A DNA stretch of 64,000 bases from the sequence record NC_018859.1, one strand, 5' to 3'. The translations under genes were made by a program, and so were the position numbers. The notes beneath the pieces were generated by a model. The model was not told the origin of the DNA and did not search any database. It saw only the letters and a program-made list of their open reading frames with translations. The stretch is from Escherichia phage ECBP2. This document shows positions 19,786 to 28,763 of this stretch, piece after piece. Each line of letters opens with the position of its first letter. The stretch's first letter is position 1.

Positions 19786-20377
19786 AGAGATCTCTCCGTG
19801 TCTGTGCAATACTGTACTCTAAATACTCCACTGCCTCTTCTACAGAACCATCATTAAAGAGAAGATAGGTTGAAAGGTTCGTGCCTTCAATATAGGAACG
19901 AGAGTCTCCTTCAAAAGTACATCCATCCCGATAAATCTGAATTACTCGAACATCGAAATGCTTTTCCAGTTCTTCAACTTCTGCTTTGAATCCACCATCA
20001 GAGAAAACGATAACATCGTTCTGTCCTAGCAGTTGTTGTTGTTGAATGCTGCTAACAGCAAGTTTACCCATGCAGGTATCCCCAAACATTGGCTTCAGAT
20101 AGTTCTCACTAGTTGAAATCATCAAATCTCGAACTGACTTACCGCCCCATTCAGGACGGTTATGTTCTTTCCACTCACGGTCGTTGTACAGCTCCATGAA
20201 CTCATGAAGAGGGAGACCTAATGCAGCAGCAGCCACTCGATACATAGGCTCCTTAAAAGCCTTTACATGAGGTCTAAACTCATCGTTACCGAGTGTCTTC
20301 TCTAACCAAGAATTAGCGATTGTATCTTTACCACAACCCGGTGGTCCATTCAGAATTACTACTAATGGTTTACTCAT
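19778..20377 (-). CDS. P-loop nucleotide kinase (dNMP kinase-like)
   Basis: Walker A VVILNGPPGCGKDT resembles the N-terminus of phage dNMP kinases. Confidence 0.5.
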   Translation of the reverse strand: MSKPLVVILNGPPGCGKDTIANSWLEKTLGNDEFRPHVKAFKEPMYRVAAAALGLPLHEFMELYNDREWKEHNRPEWGGKSVRDLMISTSENYLKPMFGDTCMGKLAVSSIQQQQLLGQNDVIVFSDGGFKAEVEELEKHFDVRVIQIYRDGCTFEGDSRSYIEGTNLSTYLLFNDGSVEEAVEYLEYSIAQTRRDLYA

Positions 20378-21027
20378 TATTGAATCATCCCTTGAAGATC
20401 TTCTTTATCAAAGTGCTTCTCTACTACCGCTTCATACAGATCACGATTCTCTGCATAACGGCGATAGAAAGTTCCGTGTGAAATTCCCAGCTCCTGCTGG
20501 ATGTGATCATGAGGTATTCCAAGGAAGAGCATAGAGAACATGCTTGCCATTTTCTTGGTATCCATAATATCACTTAAGTCTTGGAAGAAGAAAAAGATTC
20601 TAGATTCCAAGAATGGGTCTCCAGTAGAGTCATGCTTATCCATCGCAATCTCTAAAGGACTTTCCCACGAGTTCATCTCAGGAGGTCTAAACATATCAGC
20701 CTCTGGAATAGAGTAGATACGTCGGTCTCCAACTGTCTGACGGTTAGAACGAATTGACCAGATGATATTCTTAACACGATAAGTCATGTGCTCAATATCT
20801 TTTTCATCAGTGAGCAGAAGTTCTTCTTGCTTTGCAAACACAAAACGCCAAGCGTTCAGTAACACTTCCTGAGCAACATCCTCTGCTTCGTGATAATCTT
20901 TAATGTCATACATAAAATACTTATGCACAACTTTCCAGTTCTCCCGATAGAATTCATCGAAGGTTGGATAATACTTAATAGGAATGCCATGAATACGATA
21001 GCGTGTAGGTGTTGTCTTTTTCTTCAT
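20377..21027 (-). CDS. phage-encoded sigma factor-like protein
   Basis: [15 protein letters not shown] resembles sigma region 2; C-terminal [17 protein letters not shown] resembles a region-4 helix-turn-helix. Confidence 0.5.
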   Translation of the reverse strand: MKKKTTPTRYRIHGIPIKYYPTFDEFYRENWKVVHKYFMYDIKDYHEAEDVAQEVLLNAWRFVFAKQEELLLTDEKDIEHMTYRVKNIIWSIRSNRQTVGDRRIYSIPEADMFRPPEMNSWESPLEIAMDKHDSTGDPFLESRIFFFFQDLSDIMDTKKMASMFSMLFLGIPHDHIQQELGISHGTFYRRYAENRDLYEAVVEKHFDKEDLQGMIQ

Positions 21028-21051
21028 AAGTCGTCCTTAACTTACTTTACA

Positions 21052-21276
21052 TTAAACTACGCAGAATAAATACATAGCCGTTTCAGGGCAAGGGATGGCT
21101 GTCTGAATGCCACTCACTTTAATCCACATATCCTCTTCAGAGTCATAATAGGCCCAATAGGATTGATCTCCATCTACAAAGAACTTAAAGGTTCGTCCCC
21201 AAATCTGGTTGTTATACTCCCATACTGCATGAAATTGAGTAACACCTTCTGGTATTGTAAGTTCCGCTCTGATCAT
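21052..21276 (-). CDS. hypothetical protein
   Basis: 74-aa ORF between the sigma-like gene and the spanins. Confidence 0.4.
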   Translation of the reverse strand: MIRAELTIPEGVTQFHAVWEYNNQIWGRTFKFFVDGDQSYWAYYDSEEDMWIKVSGIQTAIPCPETAMYLFCVV

Positions 21277-21533
21277 TGTATCCCTCTCTTCTTGAGAGCT
21301 TTCAGTAAACCATTATGGTTAGCAGCACAGGTTGTGTAGTTGTCCTGATACCACTCTAATGTTGTTGCAAATGCCACTCCCTGTGCACTCTGAAGCAAAG
21401 GGAGATCAACATCACATTCAGCTTTTAGGTTTGTTGGTAAGGGCACTAGCTGCCTGCTGTTGTCGCTCGTTGAACAAGCTGACAAATTCATCGCTAGCAC
21501 ACACATTGTAAAAAACTGGCTTAGTCTTTTCAT
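21273..21533 (-). CDS. o-spanin (Rz1-like outer-membrane lipoprotein)
   Basis: Signal peptide with lipobox LSAC; Pro-containing short mature part; starts inside the i-spanin gene in another frame. Confidence 0.5.
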   Translation of the reverse strand: MKRLSQFFTMCVLAMNLSACSTSDNSRQLVPLPTNLKAECDVDLPLLQSAQGVAFATTLEWYQDNYTTCAANHNGLLKALKKRGIQ

Positions 21534-21765
21534 AATGCATCTCTTTGTAAATAGTTTCTGTGTTCTTCTTCCAGTTTGATAAACCAGTTAGAACTTTCTG
21601 AGCTACTTCATCAGCAGCCTTAGCTCTCTCTATCTCTATCTCTTGCTGTTTCTTCTCTTGGTCAAGAGCATTACTATCATTTCGATATTGCTCAAACTTC
21701 ATACCACCAAAGAAAACCAGAGCTGTAAAGATTAAGAAGCCGATATTATTTTGAAGCTTTTCCAT
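21418..21765 (-). CDS. i-spanin (Rz-like)
   Basis: N-terminal TMD IGFLIFTALVFFGG followed by a charged coiled-coil; track start 21789 is a GTG inside the upstream terminator hairpin, ATG at 21765 has a GGAG RBS. Confidence 0.5.
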   Translation of the reverse strand: MEKLQNNIGFLIFTALVFFGGMKFEQYRNDSNALDQEKKQQEIEIERAKAADEVAQKVLTGLSNWKKNTETIYKEMHYEKTKPVFYNVCASDEFVSLFNERQQQAASALTNKPKS

Positions 21766-21777
21766 TTTAACTCCAAC

Positions 21778-21802
21778 GAAAAAAGCCACCCGAAGGTGGC
21801 TA
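21778..21802 (-). terminator. rho-independent terminator (AGCCACC-TTCG-GGTGGCT + U6 on - strand)
   Basis: Hairpin plus T-run after the gene ending at 21825. Confidence 0.6.
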
Positions 21803-21824
21803 AGCTATTACAAGGAGAGATTCA

Positions 21825-22565
21825 TTAGAAAGGGCTGTCATCTTCTTCAAAGGTAGATTGCGGCTCTTCATTAATAGTAGGGATACTTGGAGTCGCGTCT
21901 TTCTGTTCAGTGTCAGAAGCGCGAGTAACTTCACGACCGGCCAGAGGAATGTTTTTAGCATCGTTAGCTTGAGTCAGAAGGTTACGTTGGAATGGAAACA
22001 TAGCTTGATAAGCAGCCAAGTTGGCGTCAGTTTCAGCGTACGGTTCGAAGAAGATAAGGTCGCTACGAGGAGCACCTACTGCATCACGATACTTGGTCGG
22101 GATTGGAGTGATGCTCTTGATGGAGTTTTTCTTCTCACCAGCTTTGTTGGTGTAAGAGTTAACTAGAATGTTGACAGGCTGACCAAGCAGCATATCTTTG
22201 AACCAACCCAAATCACCTTTCAGTGCTTGAACACTTGGGTCGATCATTTTAATTAGGTTCAGAATACCAGAGTTCTTAGCTCGTGGGTTTACATCGAAGG
22301 ATTTAAACTGACAAGCAGGACGTGGGTCCAATGCCTTACCATCACTATCTGTACCAGTTGCGTCAACACCAATCAGTTCAAATGCCAAGTCCATACGGAA
22401 AGCTGGGTTCTTAGGAGTAACTGCTTTGGTCTTAGGGTCAATCCAAGGGTCACGATTGTGAACACCTAAACCTACTACACGAACAATTCGTGCTTCGTAC
22501 TCGCCATCAGGGATTACATCGTAGTTGGATTTACGGGATACAGACAGTTCAGGGATCATAGACAT
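21825..22565 (-). CDS. putative ssDNA-binding protein (acidic C-terminal tail ending in Phe)
   Basis: 246 aa ending EEPQSTFEEDDSPF, like the acidic C-tails of SSB / T7 gp2.5; first gene after a TAATGTATATA motif. Confidence 0.4.
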   Translation of the reverse strand: MSMIPELSVSRKSNYDVIPDGEYEARIVRVVGLGVHNRDPWIDPKTKAVTPKNPAFRMDLAFELIGVDATGTDSDGKALDPRPACQFKSFDVNPRAKNSGILNLIKMIDPSVQALKGDLGWFKDMLLGQPVNILVNSYTNKAGEKKNSIKSITPIPTKYRDAVGAPRSDLIFFEPYAETDANLAAYQAMFPFQRNLLTQANDAKNIPLAGREVTRASDTEQKDATPSIPTINEEPQSTFEEDDSPF

Positions 22566-22622
22566 ATTAATATTTCCTTATATAAATTTAAGATTGTTGC
22601 TCTCTTTGAGCGGTTGGTATAC

Positions 22623-22633
22623 TATATACATTA
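22623..22633 (-). promoter_or_regulatory. TAATGTATATA promoter-like motif (- strand)
   Basis: Exact 11-mer about 55 nt upstream of the ATG at 22565. Confidence 0.5.
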
Positions 22634-22695
22634 CACCTATACAGATAAGGTTCTATTATACTATAACCTTTTTGGTAGTAGATAACAGTAAGTAG

Positions 22696-22706
22696 TAATG
22701 TATATA
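22696..22706 (+). promoter_or_regulatory. TAATGTATATA promoter-like motif (+ strand, no downstream ORF)
   Basis: Exact 11-mer pointing rightward into about 200 nt of non-coding sequence and then antisense to the next gene. Confidence 0.35.
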
Positions 22707-22913
22707 TGGTATAGTTAGTAAAACTATTGCACGGGACCGACGACTATAAGGCGCGGACAACCACCTCTCATAAGTTTGTTAGAAATTGAGAGACTACCGG
22801 AAGGGCAGGAGACACCTGCGAGATAAAAATAGAGAATTAAGGAAATCCTTGATTTAGGTTGAGGACTCCTAGGACTTTGATTCTCTATTAAAATCAAAAG
22901 AAAACTAATTAAC

Positions 22914-23492
22914 TTACCATTCAATAAACTGATTTAGATTAGTATACTTAACTTCTCTCTGAAACTGAAGATTAGATTCTCTCTGTTTAGTAAGAAGATT
23001 AAGTTCATCTTCCTTTCTTTTATCAAACTCTTTTCTAATCTCTTGCAGAGACACAGCTCTGTAATCAATTTGTTCCATAGAAGTACAAAAGTATCTCCAA
23101 TCTTTGATAGTAGAGTTATGAGTATGAGCATAGATATTATACTTTCCTCTCATTTCATCAGAGTGAATAGGAATATGAGTTACCCAAAACTCTTTGTACT
23201 TATAATCACCACTGATGTGTCTAAAGACTTTCATCATATCAGGGAGAAGTTCTAATCTGTCATGATTTCCTAAGACAAGATGTTTCTCTCCTTTTACTTC
23301 AGCGATGATATCAAGGGCATACTTTTCAAACACCCAATCACCGGTAAAGAAAGTTTTATCACGTTTAGTAACATGGTCAAACGCTGCTAAGATAGCTTTG
23401 TCGTGTTCTTCAATACTACTAAACCTCTTCCTAAAGCTACAGATGTTACGATGGCCTAGGTGACCATCACCTGCAAAATAAACTTCAGCCAT
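22914..23492 (-). CDS. calcineurin-like metallophosphoesterase
   Basis: YFAGDGHLGH ... FTGDW ... LGNHD match metallophosphatase motifs I-III. Confidence 0.65.
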   Translation of the reverse strand: MAEVYFAGDGHLGHRNICSFRKRFSSIEEHDKAILAAFDHVTKRDKTFFTGDWVFEKYALDIIAEVKGEKHLVLGNHDRLELLPDMMKVFRHISGDYKYKEFWVTHIPIHSDEMRGKYNIYAHTHNSTIKDWRYFCTSMEQIDYRAVSLQEIRKEFDKRKEDELNLLTKQRESNLQFQREVKYTNLNQFIEW

Positions 23493-23652
23493 TCTCGTAT
23501 GTGTCCTCATAATATGAGTAGTTGAAGGATTCAGCTTTCGTTTCAGCCTCCTCCATATCGTCTGTTTCCAGAATCACTCTCCAGCCAGAACCGTTAGGAT
23601 ATTCAGCTCCCTCATCTAGCCAGACTTTGTATCGTTTAGATTGTGCAACCAT
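23485..23652 (-). CDS. small acidic protein (paralog of 24220-24399)
   Basis: RYKVWLDEGAEYPNGSGWRVILETDDMEEAE vs KYSVWFNEEEEGFDEVGGWVNILNTDDIEEAE. Confidence 0.4.
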   Translation of the reverse strand: MVAQSKRYKVWLDEGAEYPNGSGWRVILETDDMEEAETKAESFNYSYYEDTYENG

Positions 23653-23839
23653 CGCAGATGTAATCTCCACTAAGAGACTCTTGTAGGAGTCGAGATTGCT
23701 CATCGGCATACAGAGCATCAATTTCTTCCTTGAGCTTTGCAAGTTCTACGAAGTTTATCAATTGACCATAATCCGTCGCATCAGTGACGAATTGAAACAA
23801 ACCTTTACCTTCAGCTTTAACAATATACTCTTTAGACAT
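23636..23839 (-). CDS. hypothetical protein
   Basis: 67-aa ORF, tightly packed. Confidence 0.4.
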   Translation of the reverse strand: MSKEYIVKAEGKGLFQFVTDATDYGQLINFVELAKLKEEIDALYADEQSRLLQESLSGDYICDGCTI

Positions 23840-24063
23840 TATAAGATCTCCCTTTGTTTGCTGTTAATGACCGTCATCGCTGTGACTGGATTGTTTGTTC
23901 CAAGATATTCCAGAACAGGGACACCCTTAGTCGGTTTATCAGCCTCTGTGTAATTCTTAACCTTGCCACCAAGAACCGCTAGAGAAGCCTGAGCTTCCGC
24001 TTCATCATAGTGAATTCGGTCAACTGTTTTCTTTCCAATCCTATAAGTGTGAACGTAAATCAT
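23839..24063 (-). CDS. hypothetical protein
   Basis: 74-aa ORF, tightly packed. Confidence 0.4.
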   Translation of the reverse strand: MIYVHTYRIGKKTVDRIHYDEAEAQASLAVLGGKVKNYTEADKPTKGVPVLEYLGTNNPVTAMTVINSKQREIL

Positions 24064-24266
24064 TTAACTTCCTCAATATCAACTAATTCAAAACTTCCTA
24101 TTTCTTCAAGCTTAATAATCTCTTTAACCTTCTCAACAGCTTTAATAGGGTTTTCTTCTTCTACAACTTTACACCCTGATACTTCAAGACTGCCTGTTCC
24201 ACGAAGGTATAAATTCAACTTATAAACTACTTTGTAGTATTTCATCGTGCTCCCAATTTCTTTCAT
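24060..24266 (-). CDS. hypothetical protein
   Basis: 68-aa ORF, tightly packed. Confidence 0.4.
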   Translation of the reverse strand: MKEIGSTMKYYKVVYKLNLYLRGTGSLEVSGCKVVEEENPIKAVEKVKEIIKLEEIGSFELVDIEEVK

Positions 24267-24399
24267 AATATCCAGAGTTGTAGTTTAGGGCGCATTTCTC
24301 GGCCTCTTCTATGTCATCTGTGTTTAGGATATTAACCCAACCACCAACTTCATCAAAACCCTCTTCTTCTTCATTAAACCATACGCTGTATTTCTTCAT
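24220..24399 (-). CDS. small acidic protein (paralog of 23485-23652)
   Basis: Start taken at MKKYSVW, overlapping the upstream stop as ATGA. Confidence 0.4.
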   Translation of the reverse strand: MKKYSVWFNEEEEGFDEVGGWVNILNTDDIEEAEKCALNYNSGYYERNWEHDEILQSSL

Positions 24400-24575
24400 C
24401 TTGATAAGACTCTCCCCCAATCCTTGATGTAACAGCGACCGTCAACCCACTTTGTATCTGACTTAAATTCTTGAGACAGTCTCACTTCACAATCTTCTCT
24501 ACTGGCATCCCCTCCGATATCAATCAGATACAGGAATAGGGCTATACCTAAAGCCCAAAGAATTAACTTCTTCAT
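24396..24575 (-). CDS. small secreted/membrane protein (59 aa, below track cut-off)
   Basis: MKKLILWALGIALFLYLIDIGG...; start and stop both overlap neighbours as ATGA. Confidence 0.35.
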   Translation of the reverse strand: MKKLILWALGIALFLYLIDIGGDASREDCEVRLSQEFKSDTKWVDGRCYIKDWGRVLSR

Positions 24576-24964
24576 CGTATCACCAGAGGCTCTTCAGAGT
24601 ATACAGGAGAGGCTATTTCTACCGGAGGTGCTGCTCTAAGGTCATTAAGCCTTACGCCCTTCAGCATACCATCTAGGTGGTCCATTTTAGGGATACCTAC
24701 AGGGAAGTCATCAATCCAAACATCCACAAAGAAACCCAAGCTCTGGGTGACGGAATCCTTCTGAACACCGTTGCAAAAGATAACAGGAATATCTAGACTT
24801 GCTGCATCTGCTAGAAGCTCCTCATTTGAATACCCATTGGGTTGAGCAAAACGATAGGTGACAATACGTACATCATGTCCACGAGATTTCATAAGACCTA
24901 CAATGTGGGTCCACATCTCTTTGTCCACTGTAAAAGTATCATCATAATCTAAACCAATATTCAT
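24572..24964 (-). CDS. HAD-superfamily phosphatase-like protein
   Basis: N-terminal IGLDYDDTFT (DxDxT motif). Confidence 0.45.
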   Translation of the reverse strand: MNIGLDYDDTFTVDKEMWTHIVGLMKSRGHDVRIVTYRFAQPNGYSNEELLADAASLDIPVIFCNGVQKDSVTQSLGFFVDVWIDDFPVGIPKMDHLDGMLKGVRLNDLRAAPPVEIASPVYSEEPLVIR

Positions 24965-24980
24965 ATTAGCCTCTTAGACA

Positions 24981-25004
24981 AGAAAAGCCACCCGAAGGTA
25001 GCTT
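24981..25004 (-). terminator. rho-independent terminator
   Basis: AGCTACC-TTCG-GGTGGCT hairpin + U-run on the - strand after the gene ending at 25003. Confidence 0.5.
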
Positions 25005-25245
25005 ATTTATTTTGTGTTTCCAGCTCGATAATACGAACCTTCAATCCATTGATTTCTGCATCAGCAGCTTCTAACTTAATCAAACTTTCTTCAGCGTTAG
25101 CTTCAATCTGGATAACAGCAGTAGTCAGTTCATACAAAGCTTGACGTAAGGTATCCTTACCCATAGAGTGAATCTGTGCAAGGAGGTGTTGTTTACCTTC
25201 AGATGTTTCCAGAGTTTCTTTTAATTCTTTAGAGGTTAGAGTCAC
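25003..25245 (-). CDS. hypothetical coiled-coil protein
   Basis: 80-aa ORF. Confidence 0.4.
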   Translation of the reverse strand: MTLTSKELKETLETSEGKQHLLAQIHSMGKDTLRQALYELTTAVIQIEANAEESLIKLEAADAEINGLKVRIIELETQNK

Positions 25246-25247
25246 TA

Positions 25248-25442
25248 TTAATTCCTTTCGTAGATTTTGAGAACTGTACCACCATCTTCTTCAATCTGAG
25301 CAACGACTTCATCGCGTTCTTCATCAGAATAAACTAGTTGGTTATGAAATTTACCAGTGGAGTCTTGATAATAGATATTCCACTTTGGAGCAGGTTTACG
25401 AATCAGGTCCATCATTTGGCTTTCTCCTCTCGTTCTACCCAT
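25248..25442 (-). CDS. hypothetical protein
   Basis: 64-aa ORF. Confidence 0.35.
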   Translation of the reverse strand: MGRTRGESQMMDLIRKPAPKWNIYYQDSTGKFHNQLVYSDEERDEVVAQIEEDGGTVLKIYERN

Positions 25443-25627
25443 GTTTGAAATAATTCACCGTAATCTTTGGCGTCTTCAAAACGCCCTTCATCCTGTGCGA
25501 GCTTCTGTTGATTCAAGCACCATTCAGAACTTTTTACTTCTTCCACTTCCTTGTCTCCTTAAAAAGAACTAATCAATAAGACTAGTTCATTTCGTAATAC
25601 CATTCAACTCTTCCACTGAACTAATCA

Positions 25628-25939
25628 CTACTTCTCCACCACAAAGAGGTTAACTTCAATGAAAGTTTCGTATTGTGTTGACTCCTGCTTACGGGTGTAG
25701 TAGAAATGACGACCTTCTAATGCACCTCCGTACTGAGTGGCACATCTTTTAACCATCTCTTTTATCACATCTATAACTGATACGCCTTTCCACGGACGTA
25801 ACCCATGAGTAGGAATTTCTGCTGTGCAGGTTACTTGTGTATAACCTACATCTTGTAGAGGTGTCTCAAGAATCAGCTTTGCCCAAGCATCAAAATTAAG
25901 CTTGGGGTTATATTTAACTTCAGTTTTGATATCAATCAT
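25628..25939 (-). CDS. hypothetical protein
   Basis: 103-aa ORF; its ATG overlaps the stop of polymerase exon 2. Confidence 0.45.
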   Translation of the reverse strand: MIDIKTEVKYNPKLNFDAWAKLILETPLQDVGYTQVTCTAEIPTHGLRPWKGVSVIDVIKEMVKRCATQYGGALEGRHFYYTRKQESTQYETFIEVNLFVVEK

Positions 25940-26094
25940 TAGTGAGTATGATTCCAGTTTAATCCAATCTTACAATCAGATGCAAGAGGACATTCCATCT
26001 TGAGATATTCCCCTGCTTTACGGACACACTCTTCAGTGAGAGTGCGCAGAATATTAACATCATCACGATGTACAGTGAACTGGCCTTCATCCAT
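25939..26094 (-). CDS. DNA polymerase (family A, T7-like), exon 2
   Basis: Translates to DEGQFTVHRDDVNILRTLTEECVRKAGEYLKMECPLASDCKIGLNWNHTH*, matching the C-terminus of T7 DNA polymerase; joining to exon 1 restores motif C as ...VIDMH|DEGQF. Confidence 0.6.
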   Translation of the reverse strand: MDEGQFTVHRDDVNILRTLTEECVRKAGEYLKMECPLASDCKIGLNWNHTH

Positions 26095-26698
26095 TCAGTT
26101 ATTCCCAAATTACTTCGGGTGTCGGACTATATCATAACAGCATAGCTAATTTGCTGTTGTTGGCGCTTCGAGGGTTTCCCTGTTAACCCCCTACTCCCTT
26201 AGGATAGTCTCTACACTTTCCACTTCCGAATCCATCTACAACCGATTCCGAAGCTCACACCAAACTTCTCTGCAAGATGTACACCAGAGCATTCTGTTTC
26301 TAGCCAATAGAGCCTTGCAGCCTCTTGCCTATCTCCATTTCTTCCAGTGTTTGATTCTATTGCATGTTCTGAACCTTCAAGCATTTCTAAGTGCTCAAGA
26401 TTGGAACAAGCTCTATTCTTGCATTTGTGATTTATTTCATAACCGTCAGGAATAGAACCAAAAGATTCTTCCCAAACATGCCTGTGATACATGACCCATT
26501 TGCCATCTATTACTTTTCTGAAATAACCATTTTTATTAAGTTTGTGTGAGATAGGGATGATACACCCTGTTTCGGTTGTTTCCAAAACAAGAGTTTTCTT
26601 AGCCATATCATCTCCTAATAGCTTAGCTCGGTATTGCCCTCAACTTAATGGTAGGGTTTCACCGAGTTCACCAACTTTTACATGCACAATGAAAGTTT
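26095..26698 (-). mobile_element. putative group I intron (604 nt) carrying an HNH endonuclease ORF
   Basis: Interrupts the polymerase at motif C; 5' exon ends in U (CAU) and intervening sequence ends in G; contains a free-standing ORF with its own start; stops in the polymerase frame. Confidence 0.5.
26211..26606 (-). CDS. HNH homing endonuclease (intron-encoded)
   Basis: YEINHKCKNRACSNLEHLE: HNH motif; lies entirely within the polymerase intervening sequence. Confidence 0.65.
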   Translation of the reverse strand: MAKKTLVLETTETGCIIPISHKLNKNGYFRKVIDGKWVMYHRHVWEESFGSIPDGYEINHKCKNRACSNLEHLEMLEGSEHAIESNTGRNGDRQEAARLYWLETECSGVHLAEKFGVSFGIGCRWIRKWKV

Positions 26699-28393
26699 AT
26701 GCATGTCGATAACCTTCGCACAACGAACACCATCACGCTCAATCCATTTATTGAGGAATAGCATTGCATACTTCATAACAATCGCCCCAGCGCTCTGTAA
26801 GAGCGTATTTAAGGCTTTATGGACCATAACCTTTCCAGTTGCATCTCTTCTCATTGTAATACGACGTCCATCCACACCGTAGATGTATCCACTTTGTGCT
26901 TTCTCGGTCATACGTTCAATAAGGATTGCAATACAAGGATTCTCTGCTAAGAATCTTGCTCTCATAATAGCCCCTTCGTCAGAGCCACCACCTACGATAC
27001 TTCCTAGTTTAGCGTCACCTGCCCCATAGTTAAAGGCATATATAAACGTCTTAGCGTTATCGCGAGTAGGAAGACCAGCAAGTTTTTGGTTATGTGAGTG
27101 AATATCTCCTTCTAAAAGAATATCTCTGTACATAACAGCAGAAGCTAGACCACGTTCAGCTTCTCGTTTCTTAGCTGGGTTGTTTTCTCGCTCTGCTTCA
27201 GCGAGCATCTCACGACATTCTTTAATAAGGTAGTGAGCTAGCATCCTCAGCTCAAGACCAGAGCCATCGTAACCTAAGAAGATTTCACGACCAGCAGGTA
27301 CATAGAACTTATAGGCACCTACAGGTTTGTCTTTCTTGCCCGGTTTTCCCACTTCGTAGATAATGTTAGTACCTTTTCGTACGTAACACCCATCAGGGAT
27401 ATGGTTGGTAATGATGAAAGGATAGTTATGACTATCGTCTGAGGAATAGTCAGATTGAAAAAGACTGCGGCACTCGTGACCAAACAAACCGCGAGAAGGA
27501 ATATTAACAACAATACGGTGTTTAAAACGAAATGTCGGAGTAGCGCAGCTATTAGCTTCGGCGGACAACTTACCATCTTCTCGTTCCTTGTCTATAAGAC
27601 CATTAATCAAGCCAAGCCTGTGAGCCGCTACAACACGTCTCTTAAGCAAACCTCCCACACCCCCTAGCTCACCCCCAAGACCTTCTTCAAGCGTCTCCTC
27701 GAGGTTTGTAGGAGCTGTAGGCCACTTGTTTGACATGGCTAAAGCTTTCTTAATTTCATCAAAGGTTACAGGCTTCTTCCTGTTCGGATTCAAGCCTAAA
27801 CCACTGACGTAGGCTTTCATGTAGTTGACAGTGTGATAACGGAAGTGTTTATCCAAGAACCGACGAATGTCAGCATCAATCATCTCAGCTGTCTGTTTTT
27901 CTTTAGCGTTTCCTCGCATCCAAGCAGAATACCAAGCAGCATATGTGCCATACTTCTTCATCGCTTTACGGATTTCGTAAGTATTCCAAGGTTTCTTGGA
28001 TGTGTTCCACTCTGGAGGAATGAAGCCTTCATCCATCAAGGCTTCTTTGATACGTGCATCTTTCGATGGGTCGAAGTCTACATACTCAACGCAAGTAAAC
28101 GCCCCACCGATATCTTCTCTTTTAAGACCAACTCTGTCACAATAAAGCTGAGGCCACTTCTGTAAAGCACCTGACTTCTTAAAAGGTTTCGAATAAGTTG
28201 AACCATCCACCCGCATTTTGGGGAGGAGAGGAATCAGTTCTTTATCAATATTGACAATAATCTCTTTGAGAAGGTGAACAAACCACCGAGCGTTTCTTCT
28301 GTGGAAGTTGACGCCATGCTTCGCCTGCTTTGAGATTATATCAGCGACTGTCATCTCCGTTATGAAAGGTAACTTATCAGGGTTATCCATCAC
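26699..28393 (-). CDS. DNA polymerase (family A, T7-like) polymerase domain, exon 1
   Basis: DGSGLELRMLAHY (motif A), RDNAKTFIYAFNYGAG (motif B), LNTLLQSAGAIVMKYAM; no exonuclease domain; the track ORF runs into a 6-codon tail and stop inside the intron. Confidence 0.85.
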
Positions 28394-28406
28394 CCACTCC
28401 TTATAG

Positions 28407-28760
28407 TTATTGATATATTAAATCAGTGAACGCTTGGTTATCCTCAACGATATCTAACTGTTCGTAGGATTCCGTTAGTTCATCCACATAAAAGACTGCT
28501 GGAATATCTTCTGCTCGCTGTCTACGAGCTTCTCTTCGTTCGTTACTGTTCCTCTGAACCTGTGCAAGTTTCATACCCCACACCTGCTCATACAACTCAG
28601 GATACTTATCACTAACCACTACAAAGTTTCGAGCTGGTTGGTTTCGGTTAATCTTCGCTGTTAATTCAATAAACTGACGAAACTCTTGAATGGAGAGGTT
28701 GTCATGAATATTGTCCCATTTGAGAACGCAGTGACGTTCTAGGCGTTGAGGTACTGGCAT
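28407..28760 (-). CDS. hypothetical protein
   Basis: 117-aa ORF immediately downstream of the polymerase. Confidence 0.45.
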   Translation of the reverse strand: MPVPQRLERHCVLKWDNIHDNLSIQEFRQFIELTAKINRNQPARNFVVVSDKYPELYEQVWGMKLAQVQRNSNERREARRQRAEDIPAVFYVDELTESYEQLDIVEDNQAFTDLIYQ

Positions 28761-28763
28761 AAC

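Noticed and set aside
22724-22924. Track ORF of 66 aa on the - strand
   Set aside because: Low-complexity translation, no RBS, and it lies in an intergenic region occupied by two divergent promoter motifs.
26095-26698. Intein as the explanation for the interrupted polymerase
   Set aside because: The intervening sequence has stops in the polymerase frame and carries an endonuclease ORF with its own start, which fits an intron or split gene but not an in-frame intein.
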